Below, piece after piece: positions 28,349 through 41,549 of a stretch of DNA of 64,000 bases (its first letter is position 1; the number at the start of each line of letters is the position of its first letter). Where the stretch lies: assembly GCF_022539665.2 (NCBI RefSeq), contig NC_081331.1:12152001-12216000 (forward strand), given 5' to 3'. Made by a program: the position numbers and the translations under genes. The stretch comes from Daphnia carinata. Its lineage: Eukaryota. The notes beneath the pieces were generated by a model that saw only the letters and a program-made list of their open reading frames with translations, searched no databases and was not told where the DNA came from.

Positions 28349-29425
28349 TTGCTTAAAATTTTTTTTTATTATTTTTATAAATGTAAATAAAAAAAAATAA
28401 AATAACCCATTTTATTTATTTTAGAACAGTATTAAATCGAACACATTTTTAAAGCAATTAACCAGTGCCCGTCAAAGCCAAACAAGTTACCAGAAAAATT
28501 TAAATTGGCTATGGAAATAAAACCATCGGATTGCCCCATCATATTTGTTTAGTTAAGCAATAAAGATATGGTTTTTTCCAAAAATAATTGTCATCGAACT
28601 TTCAACGTTATAAAGCCTCAAGAGAATCACAGCGTTTCCCAATGAACAGTGTGTTGCTCACCTAGATAACAAAATTGTGTGAGAGGCCTCGGGTTCATCA
28701 TGTTTCAACAACAAATTGTTCATCATGGTTGAACAAAATAGATTCGTAATTCCTACGTATATATTCAAGGAACTCTCCCCAGCTTTTGCAATTGGGTCAA
28801 GTGCTTGTCAGAAATTCAGTCGGAGACTTGAGTCTTAAAAAATTCGGCGTGCGATATTTTTGGCACAGACGTTTGGAGGATCAAATGGAGTTCGTGGTGT
28901 ATCCTAGTCAGTGTTACTTTCTGAAAAGCGTACCGTTCACCATTGTCCGCTTGGTGGCTCTTATTGAGGAACATTTTACTTTTGAAGTTGCATAGAAGCG
29001 CCAAAAGCAACAGCGGTTTGGCCAAAAATCTCAAAATCCCGAGAAATCCCCAGAAAATTAAATAGGCCCTGGATAATCCCGGAAACCCTAGATTTCCATA
29101 ACTGCACCCTAGATTCCAAAAATTTTCCTTAAATCCCCCTAAATAGGGTAATATCCCTAGAAGTGGAATGGCTGCATATGTCATTCAAACGAATGCTTTT
29201 CCGGTAGAGGGACAGAGCAATCGAGTGCTTCTCCGGTTCTCCGTTTTCCCTCCCGCTCTTCTAGGACACAAAAATATTTCGAAAACAAAATATAAATTCA
29301 TTCATCCAGCTTCTGAAAAAGCCTTGATTTTGGACAGCATTTCCGTTAATTGAAGGTTGCATGCAAAGGTTATTTTGCCCTGTAATAGTTGACATTATTT
29401 TTTAACTCGATATTTGTATTTCAAG

Positions 29426-29950
29426 ATGACAAATTCATCAATGCCAATAGAGCGTCTACAGGCTCTTGATAATGTAGAAAAAGAAATCGCAAGCTGCATT
29501 CAAAGTGCTGGTAAGAAAATATTTAACAAGAGACTCATTAGAAATTCACAAGATAACCAAAGCATTTATTCCTTTAATGTTTGGCGCATGAAGGACAAGC
29601 TCTCATGGAACTGAGCAAAGACAAGGCTAGCATGAAACAAGTTGAAAGCCACACGTCACAATTTTTGAAAACCTTAAATCATGTTGAGGGGGAATTATCA
29701 AAGCATATTAATTACTTGACACAAGTGTCAACTGGTATGTGTTGTATATGATTATTGTCAAAAGACATTTTCAAATCTTTTTTTTATAGGACAACCACAT
29801 GAAGGCTCAGCTTATGGCTCCGTGAAAATGTATAAAACTGCTCGGCACAGGTTGGAACACACTCGCTCAAGACTTCAAGATCTAGAAAACCTGAAAAATA
29901 GAGCGTTGGCATCTACAGTTAGGCCAGCTTCTGCACAAAATAATCCGTGA
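29426..29950 (+). CDS. MED11: Mediator of RNA polymerase II transcription subunit 11
   Basis: Exons 29426-29510, 29594-29734 and 29790-29950 give ...ERLQALDNVEKEIASCIQSAGQALMELSKDK...[41 protein letters not shown] is the MED11 signature. Confidence 0.93.
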
Positions 29951-30419
29951 CTTTTGTCATGTTTTGCACTGTGGATATTGCTCTGTTTCCCCTTTGAACA
30001 TGTAATTTTTCATTAATAGATGATAAATGATTATGCCAGAGCGTGTATACCATGGCTATCTCAAAACTATTTCTGTTTCCCAAAAGCGGAGACCTGATGC
30101 CAAACTGGGGGGAAAAATCAACAGCAAGGAATTATGCAGTACCCTAGGTCACCAAATGAGACATAGATGTCGTTTTTTGAAAGCTGCCTTCGCGGCATTT
30201 TCAAGGGAGTTCCGTTGAAAGAAAACGATCAATACTTAGAGGAAGTACCGATTTGCAGACAGTTGCTTGCCGGGATCCTTCGGGAAAAGAGATCTTTGCT
30301 TTTATATCGAAGCACACTTTTGGTAATATATTAGCAAGTGATTTAAAAAATTGATCGTAGTTTCACGGCTGTTTTTTTATTTTAGATTATTCTGTGTCCA
30401 GCCTCCTTCTGACTTGCAT

Positions 30420-31881
30420 ATGGCGTTCATGATACCTGTAGTTCGTAATGACTGGGATATGTGGTTGCGCTCCCAGAAGCCTCATCCGCCGGATAAATTC
30501 TCACGTAAAGGACAGGTAAGACGTTCTTGTCCAATAATTGATATGATTCCTTGAATCAGCAAAGCTAAAATGACGATATTCTTTCCGTTTATAATTGGTT
30601 TATATATGTAATGGGCAAGGAACTATTTTCAAAAGAACTTGTTGATTTGGCACTACTGCTTGAAGTCTCCATGTGATTGGGCATCACCCGATTATATGGG
30701 TGAAGCTAGCAAATGGTCTCTATTGAGCCTCGTCATTTTGATAATGTGCTTCATTTGGAAACTGTGTATATTTAAGCTGTAAAAAAAAAGGTTTTAAAAA
30801 ACTTTACTGCGCCGCCACCCGCTGCCTTAGAACAGCCTTTAGCAAACTAATAACTAAAGTTGTGATTGCTTAAACCATCTATCTCATGTAACGCGTTACT
30901 ACCACAAACTTTTATTGCCCTCAGTTTGAAGTGCCAGCCTATGTGTCGATCACTGAGCAATACCTTATAAGGTAGGCCCAATTGCGAAACCTGCATGTGG
31001 CAGCAAATCCGCTACCGGTCGATTGTTTTGGCTGTATTGATTTTAGCATGTTAGACTAGGTTATTTCGTACTACCGTCAGTGTTTTACTCATCTTCTTTA
31101 GAAACGCAACAGAAATGTCAAAATGTAGATATAGGGACAATAAGTCATTTCACGAATTTTAGTGCAAGGAAAACCTTTAACTTGTATAGCTCATAAGACG
31201 TTTATGCTTATATACCCTATTAGATCATAGTTCCAGTTATAGCATGCATTTTCAGTTTGCTAAATCTGACTTCTGTTTACTCTATCGCACATAACCAGAC
31301 TGCACAAAGCCGTGCTGGTGATCCAAGTTTACTAACCACTCCTGACGGCAGCGGTGGCATTGTAGTGGAAAATGCTCGTAGGAAAAGAAGCTTGGCAATT
31401 GAGATTCGTAACCAGCAACATTTGAGGATCAGTGGTGGCAGTCTTCCTTCTAATTTCCAATCAGCCCATGTCGGGCTGCCAGTTAGCCAATCTTCTTTGC
31501 GACATGGACGACCTTCAATTTCACGTTTCCGCTCGATGCACAGTAGCTGCCGAATCGGAAACAGTCATGCTTTCGAATCAGAATCACCAATTTCGCCAAT
31601 TAAACCTAAGAATGTGGAAACTGCTTCCTTGCCCAACTGTTTCGAGGTGACTTCCTCAATCGCCATTTCTTTGATGAAAATTATTAATCATCGAAATCTA
31701 TCGTTTGTTTTAAATTAAGGAAGTATCTTCGTCGGCGAAAATAGGCTCGCAAAATTCTCTACAAAAATTTCAGGCACGTTTAGTTGATCGCCTCCGCCGA
31801 TCGCTGCGCCTAAGTTCTTCGTCTGCAGCCGATGGAGGAGATAACTGCGAAGGAGACAATGGTAGTCGCACGTCATCATAA
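30420..31881 (+). CDS. Uncharacterised 201-aa protein (MAFMIPVVRNDWDMW... / ...SLQKFQARLVDRLRRSL)
   Basis: Exons 30420-30515, 31299-31646 and 31720-31881 are all phase 0 with GT-AG boundaries and end in TAA. A 5'UTR intron lies at ~30323-30385. Confidence 0.75.
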
Positions 31882-32701
31882 CATACACGGTATTTGCAGG
31901 GCAATCATCCAACAAATGACGCTTAGCATATTGTGAAAATCAAGAAACTAACCGGAAAACGCTGGTTAGTGATGACGTCAGACGAGGATTTTCCCTATAT
32001 TTCCTGCCCCTTATAAATCCGGTTCCGGAGTAGTAATCGGATATCTAAATACTAGCTGTTTTTTGGCCGCCCCTGGCAATATATCCTTTTTATTTTTCAT
32101 AAACACACATTACATATCTTCTTTGTATTCATATAAAATTGTGTAATATCAAGCGTGTCCTGTGTTGGTTTAATGTATATACATCTCTATAGTATATGAT
32201 CACTAAATATTCCAATAATCGGAATGTTCATACTTATTGTTACGGTATTGCAACGTTGTGAGCTATGGTAACAAGAATTGTGAAATCATAAACTGACCAT
32301 GTAAATGTCGAACTTTATGCACGTTTTCAAGCGGTCCCCGCTACCTTGACAACCCTATTTTATGCAAAAGTAAAAAAAGATAAAATAAAATAAACATGTA
32401 ACCATCTACGGAATATATGAGATTTTGTCTAGCATCAGCTGCTACTCAACAAAACAAAATAATGATCCTCGCTTTTGCTTTACATCGGTCATCAAAACAT
32501 CCCTAGTTCGATCATTTTCACCTGAAATGGAAACCAAGGTGTGGGGGAAAAAAAGGAGGGAAAAGGCAATACGTGTTACGTAAATGCGAGAAGCTGGTGA
32601 AGTATGCGTCCTTCTCTCCCATCCCCAAACACATGGTGACTTGTAGGCTCTTGAAGCTAACGTTAGATGGCGTTAACGTATGTTACCGAAAATGCGCTTG
32701 A

Positions 32702-32710
32702 CGCCATTTT
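32702..32710 (+). promoter_or_regulatory. YY1/Pho-type motif CGCCATTTT near the hnRNP U-like start
   Basis: Matches the CGCCATnTT consensus ~90 nt upstream of the ATG. A second AGATGGCG is at 32665. This is a motif match only. Confidence 0.3.
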
Positions 32711-32797
32711 TTTAAGCTATTCGGTTTTTGACGGCTTGGTAAATTCAAACCGGCAAAAGAGAATTCCCATCCTTGTTTCGATTGTCAGAGTGCAAAA

Positions 32798-35700
32798 ATG
32801 CCCCTGAAAGACCTCGACAAGCTTACCGTTGTCAAGCTTCGTGCCGAGTTAATAGCCCGAGGTTTGGACTCGAAAGGTAATAAGCCCTTTCTGGTGGAGC
32901 GACTTCGCTTCGCCATTGAGCAAGAGGAGCAGCACGGAGTAGCCAGACCCGAAATCAAAATGTTCACCTCCGAGAATCAATTAGGTGACACGAGTATGGA
33001 CCAGGAACCCGAAATGGAAGACGAAGCTGCTGGTGAGAATGAAGCTGATGAAAGCTTCACATCTAACCCCAACCAAGTGGGCAATGGCTCAAATGGCACC
33101 ACAGAAGGTATGTGCACATTTTCTTTTAAGCAAATAGTTTAATTTATAACTAAATTGGATGTGTACACTATTTGATTGTGGAATACAGTGTCAGATAATG
33201 CTTTGAATAATGGAACACACATCAGCTGCACCGACAAGCCTTTTAAAACAGAAGAGACCTTGCCGGAAGCAATAGCTGAACCCACATTTATTGAAGCATC
33301 TAAAAAAATCTCTGCTGATACATCTCCTTTAACTGAGGCAGCTGTTAAAGAAGGGAATGCAGAAGAAGTAGATAACAGTACAAATTCTGCCCTTGATGAC
33401 AGTGTAATGGCTGTCTATGGAGGGAAAGATGAAACTTTTATGGAGAATAGTACTTTAGAACAATCTGTAGACATGACAGTTGACCGAACTAATGATAATG
33501 TAACAAATAACTTGACCTCAAATTCTAGTAATCTTGATGTTAAAGATACTAGTTCAACACCAAAAGACACCACAGAAGCTTCCAGTGTTGATACTGAAAA
33601 GGCCTCCGTTAGTATTAACCAAACAGATGCATCTGCTCAAAGTGAGACAGTTTCGGTTGATAGTGAGGCAAAAGAGCAAAACAAGGTTTCAGATGTCACA
33701 TCACAGGCTGAAATAACAGATGCTGTTATCAAAGCAGAAGAACCTATTGCTGATGAAAAGGATGCAGATTCTGCACCACCTCAGGTTGAAGCAAAAGAAG
33801 AGGAGAAAATGGAAGCCTCATCAGCTGTGGAGACTGAAGCAACTCAAGGAAGTGAGAGTCCATCAAAAGAAGGAACAATAGAAGATAAAAGTGACAGGGG
33901 AAGCAAACGACAAAGAGATAGGTAATCAATCTACAGTTTGCATTTGGTATCGCGTAACCTCATGTTTGTGTGGCTGTACAATTAGATCTTCAAGTCCAGC
34001 TAATGTAAATAAAGTAGCGGAAGGTCCACCGCCCGAAGATGAGCCCGAATTCGATGCAAGTTTGGTCCTCCTTGATTGGTACAATTCAGATCTCAACTTA
34101 ACCATAAGCAAAACTGATTTCGTCACTGCTTCTCCTCTAACGGAATCGGGGTTCGCATACATGTGGGCCGGTGCTCGTGCAACTTATGGATTTTCAACTG
34201 GAAAAATTTGCTACGAGGTTAAGGTAAGTTAACCACTTCGTAATAAAGTATCTCCTCGAAAAGCCGATACTAATTTGCCATTTGGCTGATGTCAGGTGGT
34301 AGAGAATTTGGCAGTTTCTCACCTTGAGGAATCAGAACCCAATCATCATGTTGTGCGAGTCGGATGGTCTGTCGATTCTACCACGTATCAATTAGGTATG
34401 GCGGCAAAACACTTCTTTAAATTTCATTATTTTGTGCTCAGAAGCAAAATGCATTACCAAATGAATTTTGTTCCCGTAAAGGCGAAGATCCATTTTCGTA
34501 TGGGTATGGAGGTACAGGGAAAATTTCTCAGAATTGCGAATTCAAGGACTATGGGGTGCCTTTCCAGTTGAATGACGTTGTTGGTGTTTACTTGGTAAGC
34601 GTTTGGTAGAAAGGTCCAAAGTAATTTTCTCTGATCCTCTATTGTTTTGTGCTAACTTAGGATGCATCTGAGAAGGAAACAGTTGAAATATCTTTTAGTG
34701 TTAATGGTGCAGCCCAAGGCGTAGCATTCACGTTACCAAAGGAAGAACTAAATGGTCGGGCGCTGTTTCCTCACATCCTTACAAAAAATTGTCGATTCGA
34801 GGTAAACTTTGGCCAAAAAGAAGAGCCTTGGTTTCAGCCAATGGAAGGCTACGAGTGGGCCAGCAAAATCCCGGTAGAATCTCGCGTTCGAGGCGCTGTT
34901 ACACCTGCTACTAGGGCCGAGTGCCAGATGATCATGATGTGTGGTCTACCGGGAGCTGGTAAAACAACTTGGGCCAACAAGTTCTCCGCTGAAAACCCCG
35001 ATCGGAAATTCAACATTTTAGGCACAAATGCGTTCCTTGATAAGATGAAGGTCAATGGACTGCCTCGTCGGAAAAACTACAGTGGAAGGTTCGTTGGATG
35101 ATAGTTTTACCTTAAGAACATGACCATCCATTTCTTTTCTCCTTTAGATGGGAAGTTTTGATCGAAAAGTGCACACGCTGTCTTAACATTTTACTGGAAA
35201 TTGCTGCCAAGCGGCGGAGGAATTATATCCTTGATCAGACCAACGTTTACCCAACAGCACAGAAGAGGAAGATGTCTTACTTCTCTGGTTTCAAGCGCAA
35301 GGCCGTGGTGATTGTTCCTTCAGAGGAAGAAGCAAAAGTTCGAGTGGAAAAGAGAATTCAAGAGGAGGGTAAAGATGTACCTGACTCAGCCGTCATGGAG
35401 ATGAAGGCGAATTTCAAGATTCCATCCGTCGACGACACATTTGCTGAAGTCGAGTTCCCCGAGTTGCCGCTGGAAGAGGCCCTTAAAGTCACTGAAAAAT
35501 ACAGCACCGAAGCGAAGGCAGCTGGATACGGTCAGCCATCCCCCAAACGACAACGTCAACAGCAAGGAAACCGCAATAAAAACGATCGTAACGACAATCG
35601 ACGTAGCAATCACAGTGGGCGCGACAGAAATCGGGATTCCAGAGGGTCAAATAGCCATCGCAGCTCTAGCTCACGTTCTTACAGAGATAGCCGAGATGAC

Positions 35701-36568
35701 CGACACCGTCCACCACCTCCTTCTCACTGGAGAGGTGGCGGAGGTGGTCCAGGTCGTGGTGGTGGCTGGAGTAATCGGGGACCTCCTCCGCCTCCATTGG
35801 GCCGAAACGGACCTTACTCTCCTCGTCGAGGACCTCCTCTTCCTCCTTTGCCTCCCGTTAACCGCGGAGGATGGAATGCACCATTACCTGATAGACCATA
35901 TCCCGGAGGCAGATCTGGTGGCGGTGGCGGCGGCGGAAGGGGCTACGATGACCGACGCAACGATCGTCCTTCTTACTCAGCCCCAAGGCGAGAAGGAGGG
36001 CCCACTCCTTGGATGAATTCTCCATCAATGGCTGGTGCAGCTCCGCAAAGAAGTTCGTGGGGACATTCACAGTGGCTGGAATAGCAACAGTGGCGGCGGG
36101 AACAGTTCATCTTCATCGTATGGTCAACCACAACAATCATCGTATGCTAGCTCTGCTTACGGTGGGTCAGCACTCTACGGATCAACGGGAGCCTCCAGAG
36201 CAACTCCAAGCGGTGGCTATGGTACTCCTTCTGGTATTACCGCCAGACCTGCTACTGGAAACTATGGATCATCGTCGGCAACTGCAAGACCTGTTTCCAC
36301 ACCATATGGCGGTGCCGGAATCACTGGACTTGCCCGTCCTGCCAGTTACGGATCCAATGGTCAAGCCAGACCAACCAGCTATGGCCCTCCTAGCCTACCA
36401 GGTAGCCGACCTGCAAGTTACGGATCTGGTTCAGGGAGTGCCCGGCCCACCGCCAACTATTCTAGCGCCTCAATTAACCCATGGTCACAACAGCAACAAC
36501 AGCCACAGCAAACTGGGTATCAGTATCCTTACAATCCCAATCATTCGACGTACAGTGGAGGCAAGTAA
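32798..36568 (+). CDS. HNRNPUL1: Heterogeneous nuclear ribonucleoprotein U-like protein (SAP, SPRY, P-loop, RGG/low-complexity tail)
   Basis: Exons 32798-33107, 33189-33921, 33986-34223, 34296-34395, 34482-34594, 34661-35088 and 35148 onward. SAP ([28 protein letters not shown]), SPRY ([27 protein letters not shown]), [11 protein letters not shown] and [13 protein letters not shown] are present. There is a frame break near 36070; as written the ORF stops at 36084. Confidence 0.9.
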
Positions 36569-36963
36569 ACTAGCACGTTTCGTTTCGTTTTGTGGTCTTC
36601 GTTTTAAACATTTTCCTCACTTGCAAAATGTTTTTTTTTTTTTTTGTCAGTCCCTTCCTTAGTAATCTGAAGTCTCTCTTCTTCGTATTTGTAACTTTTC
36701 ATGAAACAAAAAATATTCAGCCGTCGGCGAGTGTAATTCATTGTGAGAAACTTCATTTCAGGGTTTCCGTTCTTTTTTTTATTTTTTAAATTTGTTTCTT
36801 TCGACGCCATTAATGATGAAATACACGGACATTTAACTAAGTTTGAGCTGGAATAGATATTACAACTTTGGCTTTTAGCGATCTAGAAAATTTAGTACAT
36901 GAAAAACAATGAGAACCAAGTCTGGGTTTTTTTTTCTTTGATGAGGTGCGCTGTTTGTAACAT

Positions 36964-39756
36964 TCAAACTTGTACATGCTGTTTACCAACGGCAGATAGC
37001 CTAGCAATCAAAAAATGTTTATCTTCAGCTTCGAGAACTAGTTGCGAAGTAAGAGACTCGACTACGGCACGATGCGCTACCGCTTTAGAGCGATAGTAAT
37101 AGAGAGCGACAAGTAAAATCAAAATAGCAGGAACAAAAAACCCCGCTGATCCGAAGAAGAAAAGAATTTTTTTAAACGTATCCGACAATGCATCAACCTT
37201 AAAAAGAAAAACCAAATTAAGATAATTATTACGTACTAATTTGTCAAAATTACCTCATTGGATATTGCCGACCAAACAGTACCAAAACCACGATAAGGTC
37301 CACAGGAGACTGAGGGCTGCAATGAGGTGACGTGATATCCCAAAGGAAGAACACAAGAAATAAAAGATACCAATAAGACATTCATGAAAAGAGACGTGGA
37401 GCTTGATGCACCATAAATGCGAGAGGGTGGGGACGAGTATAACAACAGGCTGAAATATTTGACGTAGAAAACAATGAAACATTTGACTGTAGTAATAATT
37501 GGCAAAATTGGGCAGTAGAACATTCCCAGCCAACAGATTGACTGACTGTAAGTAATATCAAGGGTGCTTCCGACTAGATTGAATTCGGGATTAGCTATGC
37601 ATGTCCAACGACTTGTGGGAGGCACCGAACGACGGAAGACTAGTGCCAAAGGAAACTCGATCAGAAGCGTAATGAAGAATGTGACGAAAACGTCAAATAG
37701 GCAAAGCCTGTAGAGTTGTTGACCGACATATGTTTCCCTAGGAAGAAATACCGTAGATAACATGCTAAGATTGGTATTTTTAATTACAACCAAATTACCA
37801 GCATGGTGCATCTTGATCGGAATTGCAGTTAGGTCCTCGTTCTTCTTCAAGCTGCCGTACAGAGTCAAAACAAGTACCAAAAGAGAAGCCAATCGGAGCA
37901 TAACGGTTCTCACTAGAGTGAGCTTAATTTCAAAAGTAGCACTGAAACGCTCGAATCGAACGACGGCTCGAAAGAGGATCGGCACTAAAAAATTCAGCGC
38001 AGTTATAATAATAGACGGTAGAAATCCTATCATTAAGATTTGGAAATCTTCAGGATTCGAAAATGAGCCGGTTTCTCCTTGAATACTCCCCCGAAATCTT
38101 TCTGAAAATGATGTGACCAGATAAATGATATAGCCAGCTAGACTCAAGGTTCCAATAACAAGAAGGTTGACTGAAAGCCTTAGCAAGAAAAGGTAAATTT
38201 TTTCCCGCATATTTCTCTCTGCTTTCTCGGTGGCATATGCTTTATCAGCCAAAGCTACCCGAAAAGCTAATAAATAAAAAAAAGAGATAAACGGTTAAGA
38301 AGTAACCTGATTTATTGCAATCAAACAAAACAGCCAACTTACCATGTAGAATGGCCTTTTTTTTAAGGTGGGCAACTTCGGAACTGTCGATGCAATAGTC
38401 CCATGACGTAAAAGCTAAATCGGAAAACTGATGAAGCCATGACCTGCCAAGTCCGATATTGTCTTTGAAGCCAGTGGCAACCGACTTGGCCATGCACGTC
38501 AAACTGAAGAGTAGGAGGAAGTAGACAATGAGTTCATAAGCCAACGCAAAATTGTAGATTTGATCATTCCCCCACGGAAGGAATGCCGGTTGGTAGTATC
38601 CGTAAAATGCTACTGTATACTCCAACCATCCAGTGCCTTGCACCGCATCCTAATTGAAAAAAAAAGCCATGGGTTACCATTTTGATAAATTAACAACAGT
38701 ATCCTGAAGGTACTTGAATCAATAATAGTGGCTGTGAAGAATGATTTGCTATCGTCGTCATGACCGATTCACGATATTCAAGCCAGCAACTATCGTTTCT
38801 GGCCATACATTCATCATTGCAGGAAGAGGCATTGTTAGATCGACTGCATCCATCTAATGCCGACTGTGATGGAGACAATACGGTGAAATTTAGGTTTGTA
38901 CACGAACTTTGCCCAATTTCCCATGGAACAAGAATCAATGCCACCACGAAAAACGTAATGAAAAAATTTAGTAGCATCTGCCATCTGATAAGGAGGAAAT
39001 ATGATCCGACTCCTAGAAAAGAATTATATAACAAAATACGTAACCGCCAAAACGACAATAAACCTTGTCTACCTGTGCCAAAGTTGGCTTCAATTGAACG
39101 GATTGTTTGTTTCCATGGAGAGAAAAATGATAAAATTTGTAACGCAGAAGACTGTACTCTGTGCCAAATTTGTCGTTTTCGGAATCGAATCAATTCCAAA
39201 CCGTGAACGCGAAGGTTTTGTGCAACCTACGACCATCACAGTTGTTCACTACATCACCAATAAAATGGTATGTGATAAAAAAAGAAACATTACCCTTAAT
39301 TCAGCTTTTAGGATCCTTTTTTCTCCCATAGTGATGGGAAGGGATCGTATCTGTTGCATTTTTTGCCACATTTCTTCTTCATTGGGTAGACCCTCAGAGA
39401 GATCAGGCATCATCCCCAATTCAACTTCATCAGTTGGAGTGCCACCATGACGAAGAGTAGACATTTGTCTAGTTCTGGAGGTAGTTTTCCCCCATGTTCT
39501 AATATCTTTGTACAAAATCTAAATTAAGGCTGTGCTAATAAAACATTTGGTATTGTTTCTTACCTATTGTGTTTGTTCTGTTACTTGGTAACATTGTCTC
39601 CCATGACACCTTTTTATCTTCTTTAGCCTCATCAACTGGGAAGGTAGACATTGTTGTGGCAGTACTTTGTAGATGATGAGGCTTTTCCTTGGCTTCTTTA
39701 ATACCATTTCCAGTAACTGATGTTCCACGAGAACAAAGGCTTGATCTGTCTGTCAT
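36964..39756 (-). CDS. Transmembrane channel-like protein (TMC5/7-like)
   Basis: Exons 39756-39564, 39505-39294, 39226-39073, 39012-38714, 38649-38343, 38266-37799, 37737-37254 and 37197-36964. Motifs include IEANFGTGVGSYF, QGTGWLEYTVAFYGYY, FTSWDYCI, (CW)ETYVGQQLYRL, EFNL..LDITYSQSICWLGMFYCP and PSVSCGPYRG. There is an apparent 1-nt frameshift at ~37840. Confidence 0.9.
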
Positions 39757-41549
39757 TTTCTAACAAAATACATAAGAAACATATATTTAGATGACAATAG
39801 GGCAACATTCTACAAAAGCAAACACATTAACAATGATGAGCCCATCAGCAACAAAAACATAGGCTGATTCTTTAGCTAAAATCAGCGGAATACCATTAAA
39901 AACATACCCAAATAGAAGAATATTCAATTAATCTATCCATTACAAACCTTATCGTTCAGATCAAGACACCACGTTTGGCGTAAATTCCACGTTTTTTCTA
40001 TTCTTGGTTGTGCAATAGATTATGTGAACATTACGGGCTATACTGAAAAGCAACAACGTTCGCCATGTAACATCATTGCTAGACCATCGATGTACTAGAC
40101 CGACATTGTACTTCAACTGCTAGATGCTTTGTAATCCACAAAAACTTTAAATACTGACTAGTGGTAAACAAAAGATAGGTCAAAACTTATTCATACGAAG
40201 ACAATCAACAACACTAACACATACCAGGCGAGGTATTACTCTAGATCCGGGAGGCATGTTGCCGGATTTGTTCAAGTTGGGTGTTGCATACAATTTTTTT
40301 TTGTTTTAACAATTAACGTACATGAACTGAATATTATAGATTTTTACACAACGTAATCGAGGTAAAATGATCGACAAAGACGTGATATAGGAGAGCTTAG
40401 ATTGATAAAATGAAAAGAACGAACCATGTTTTGTTTTTGAATTCGACAGATCGTCGCAAACTGCTATGCGTAGAACACAAACGAGTAATGAGTCTACTTC
40501 TTTACTGCCACAATAATGCTCGTGCTGAACAAATATGGGTTTTTTCCGTTCAGTTTCATCACGCTTTGTCTGGCTTTGTGTTTGCGATTTTTATTTACTG
40601 TATTTCGTCGTCCCTAATGGCTTAAGTCATTTGACATGACTTAATCTCAGTTCCCTCGACTAAAATAATGCCGCAATCATACGGATAAGATAAAAACCTT
40701 TATTACTCGGCGGAAACGGGACTTTTAGCTTTAGCTAACCTTGGGATTTATTCATCATAGTTCCGAGCAGGTAGACTTTTTTACGTTCTTTACCTTTTTA
40801 ATCGGCATTACCTTAATCAAAGTCACATAAAAGGGGAAGTACCCTAGCCATCCACCGAGTTCAGCAGTTTTCATTTGCAAACCACGTAAACAGCTATGCT
40901 GTAAAACTACGAATACCATTTAAAAGATTAGATTCGCAGTGCTACCGCCCCGTCAATGCTGCAAAAACTAAACAAATAAATAAATATAAAAAGGCATGTA
41001 CATGAATGTTCTGGTTATTCGAAACGGAATTTGAGCTTCTTTCGATGATAAATAAAAATGAGTATACGTTAGTCATTGCCTGAATTGCGGGATAAATATG
41101 CACATTAAAATAAGGACATGACGCATATGTTACACGTCGTACTAACGATTAGCTTGAATGAAGACAGTAGACGCATCGCAGGGAGCTTTGGGGCATTCCT
41201 GTAAAACCGTACGAAAATTAATGAACAAAATAGTCATGGATTTCTCTATATCCTTACCACACGAAGGACAGGATTCCTTCCCTCTTCGGCGACGGCGAGC
41301 AGCAGGCTCTCGGGGAAATTCTTCTTCGCCAGCAGATTCAGGTCCACTCGAGAGAACTACCACTTCCTCTGTTGCCCAGACACTAAACTCCCGAACGGAT
41401 GTAAAAAAAAATAATAGATTAATGTTGAATAAAGGTTCACTAGCTAACGCTTACAATTTATTTAACACCACTGATATCGGCACTTTCATATTCATATATA
41501 AAACACAATTAAAATACGACAAAAAAAAAAAAAGAATTGAAAACTTGAC

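Noticed and set aside
28540..28995. Exon-like stretch upstream of MED11
   Set aside because: I found no consistent splice or ORF model on either strand.
35441..36662. 191-aa and 217-aa alternative-frame ORFs over the hnRNP U-like tail
   Set aside because: These are typical shadows of R/G/S/P low-complexity coding sequence.
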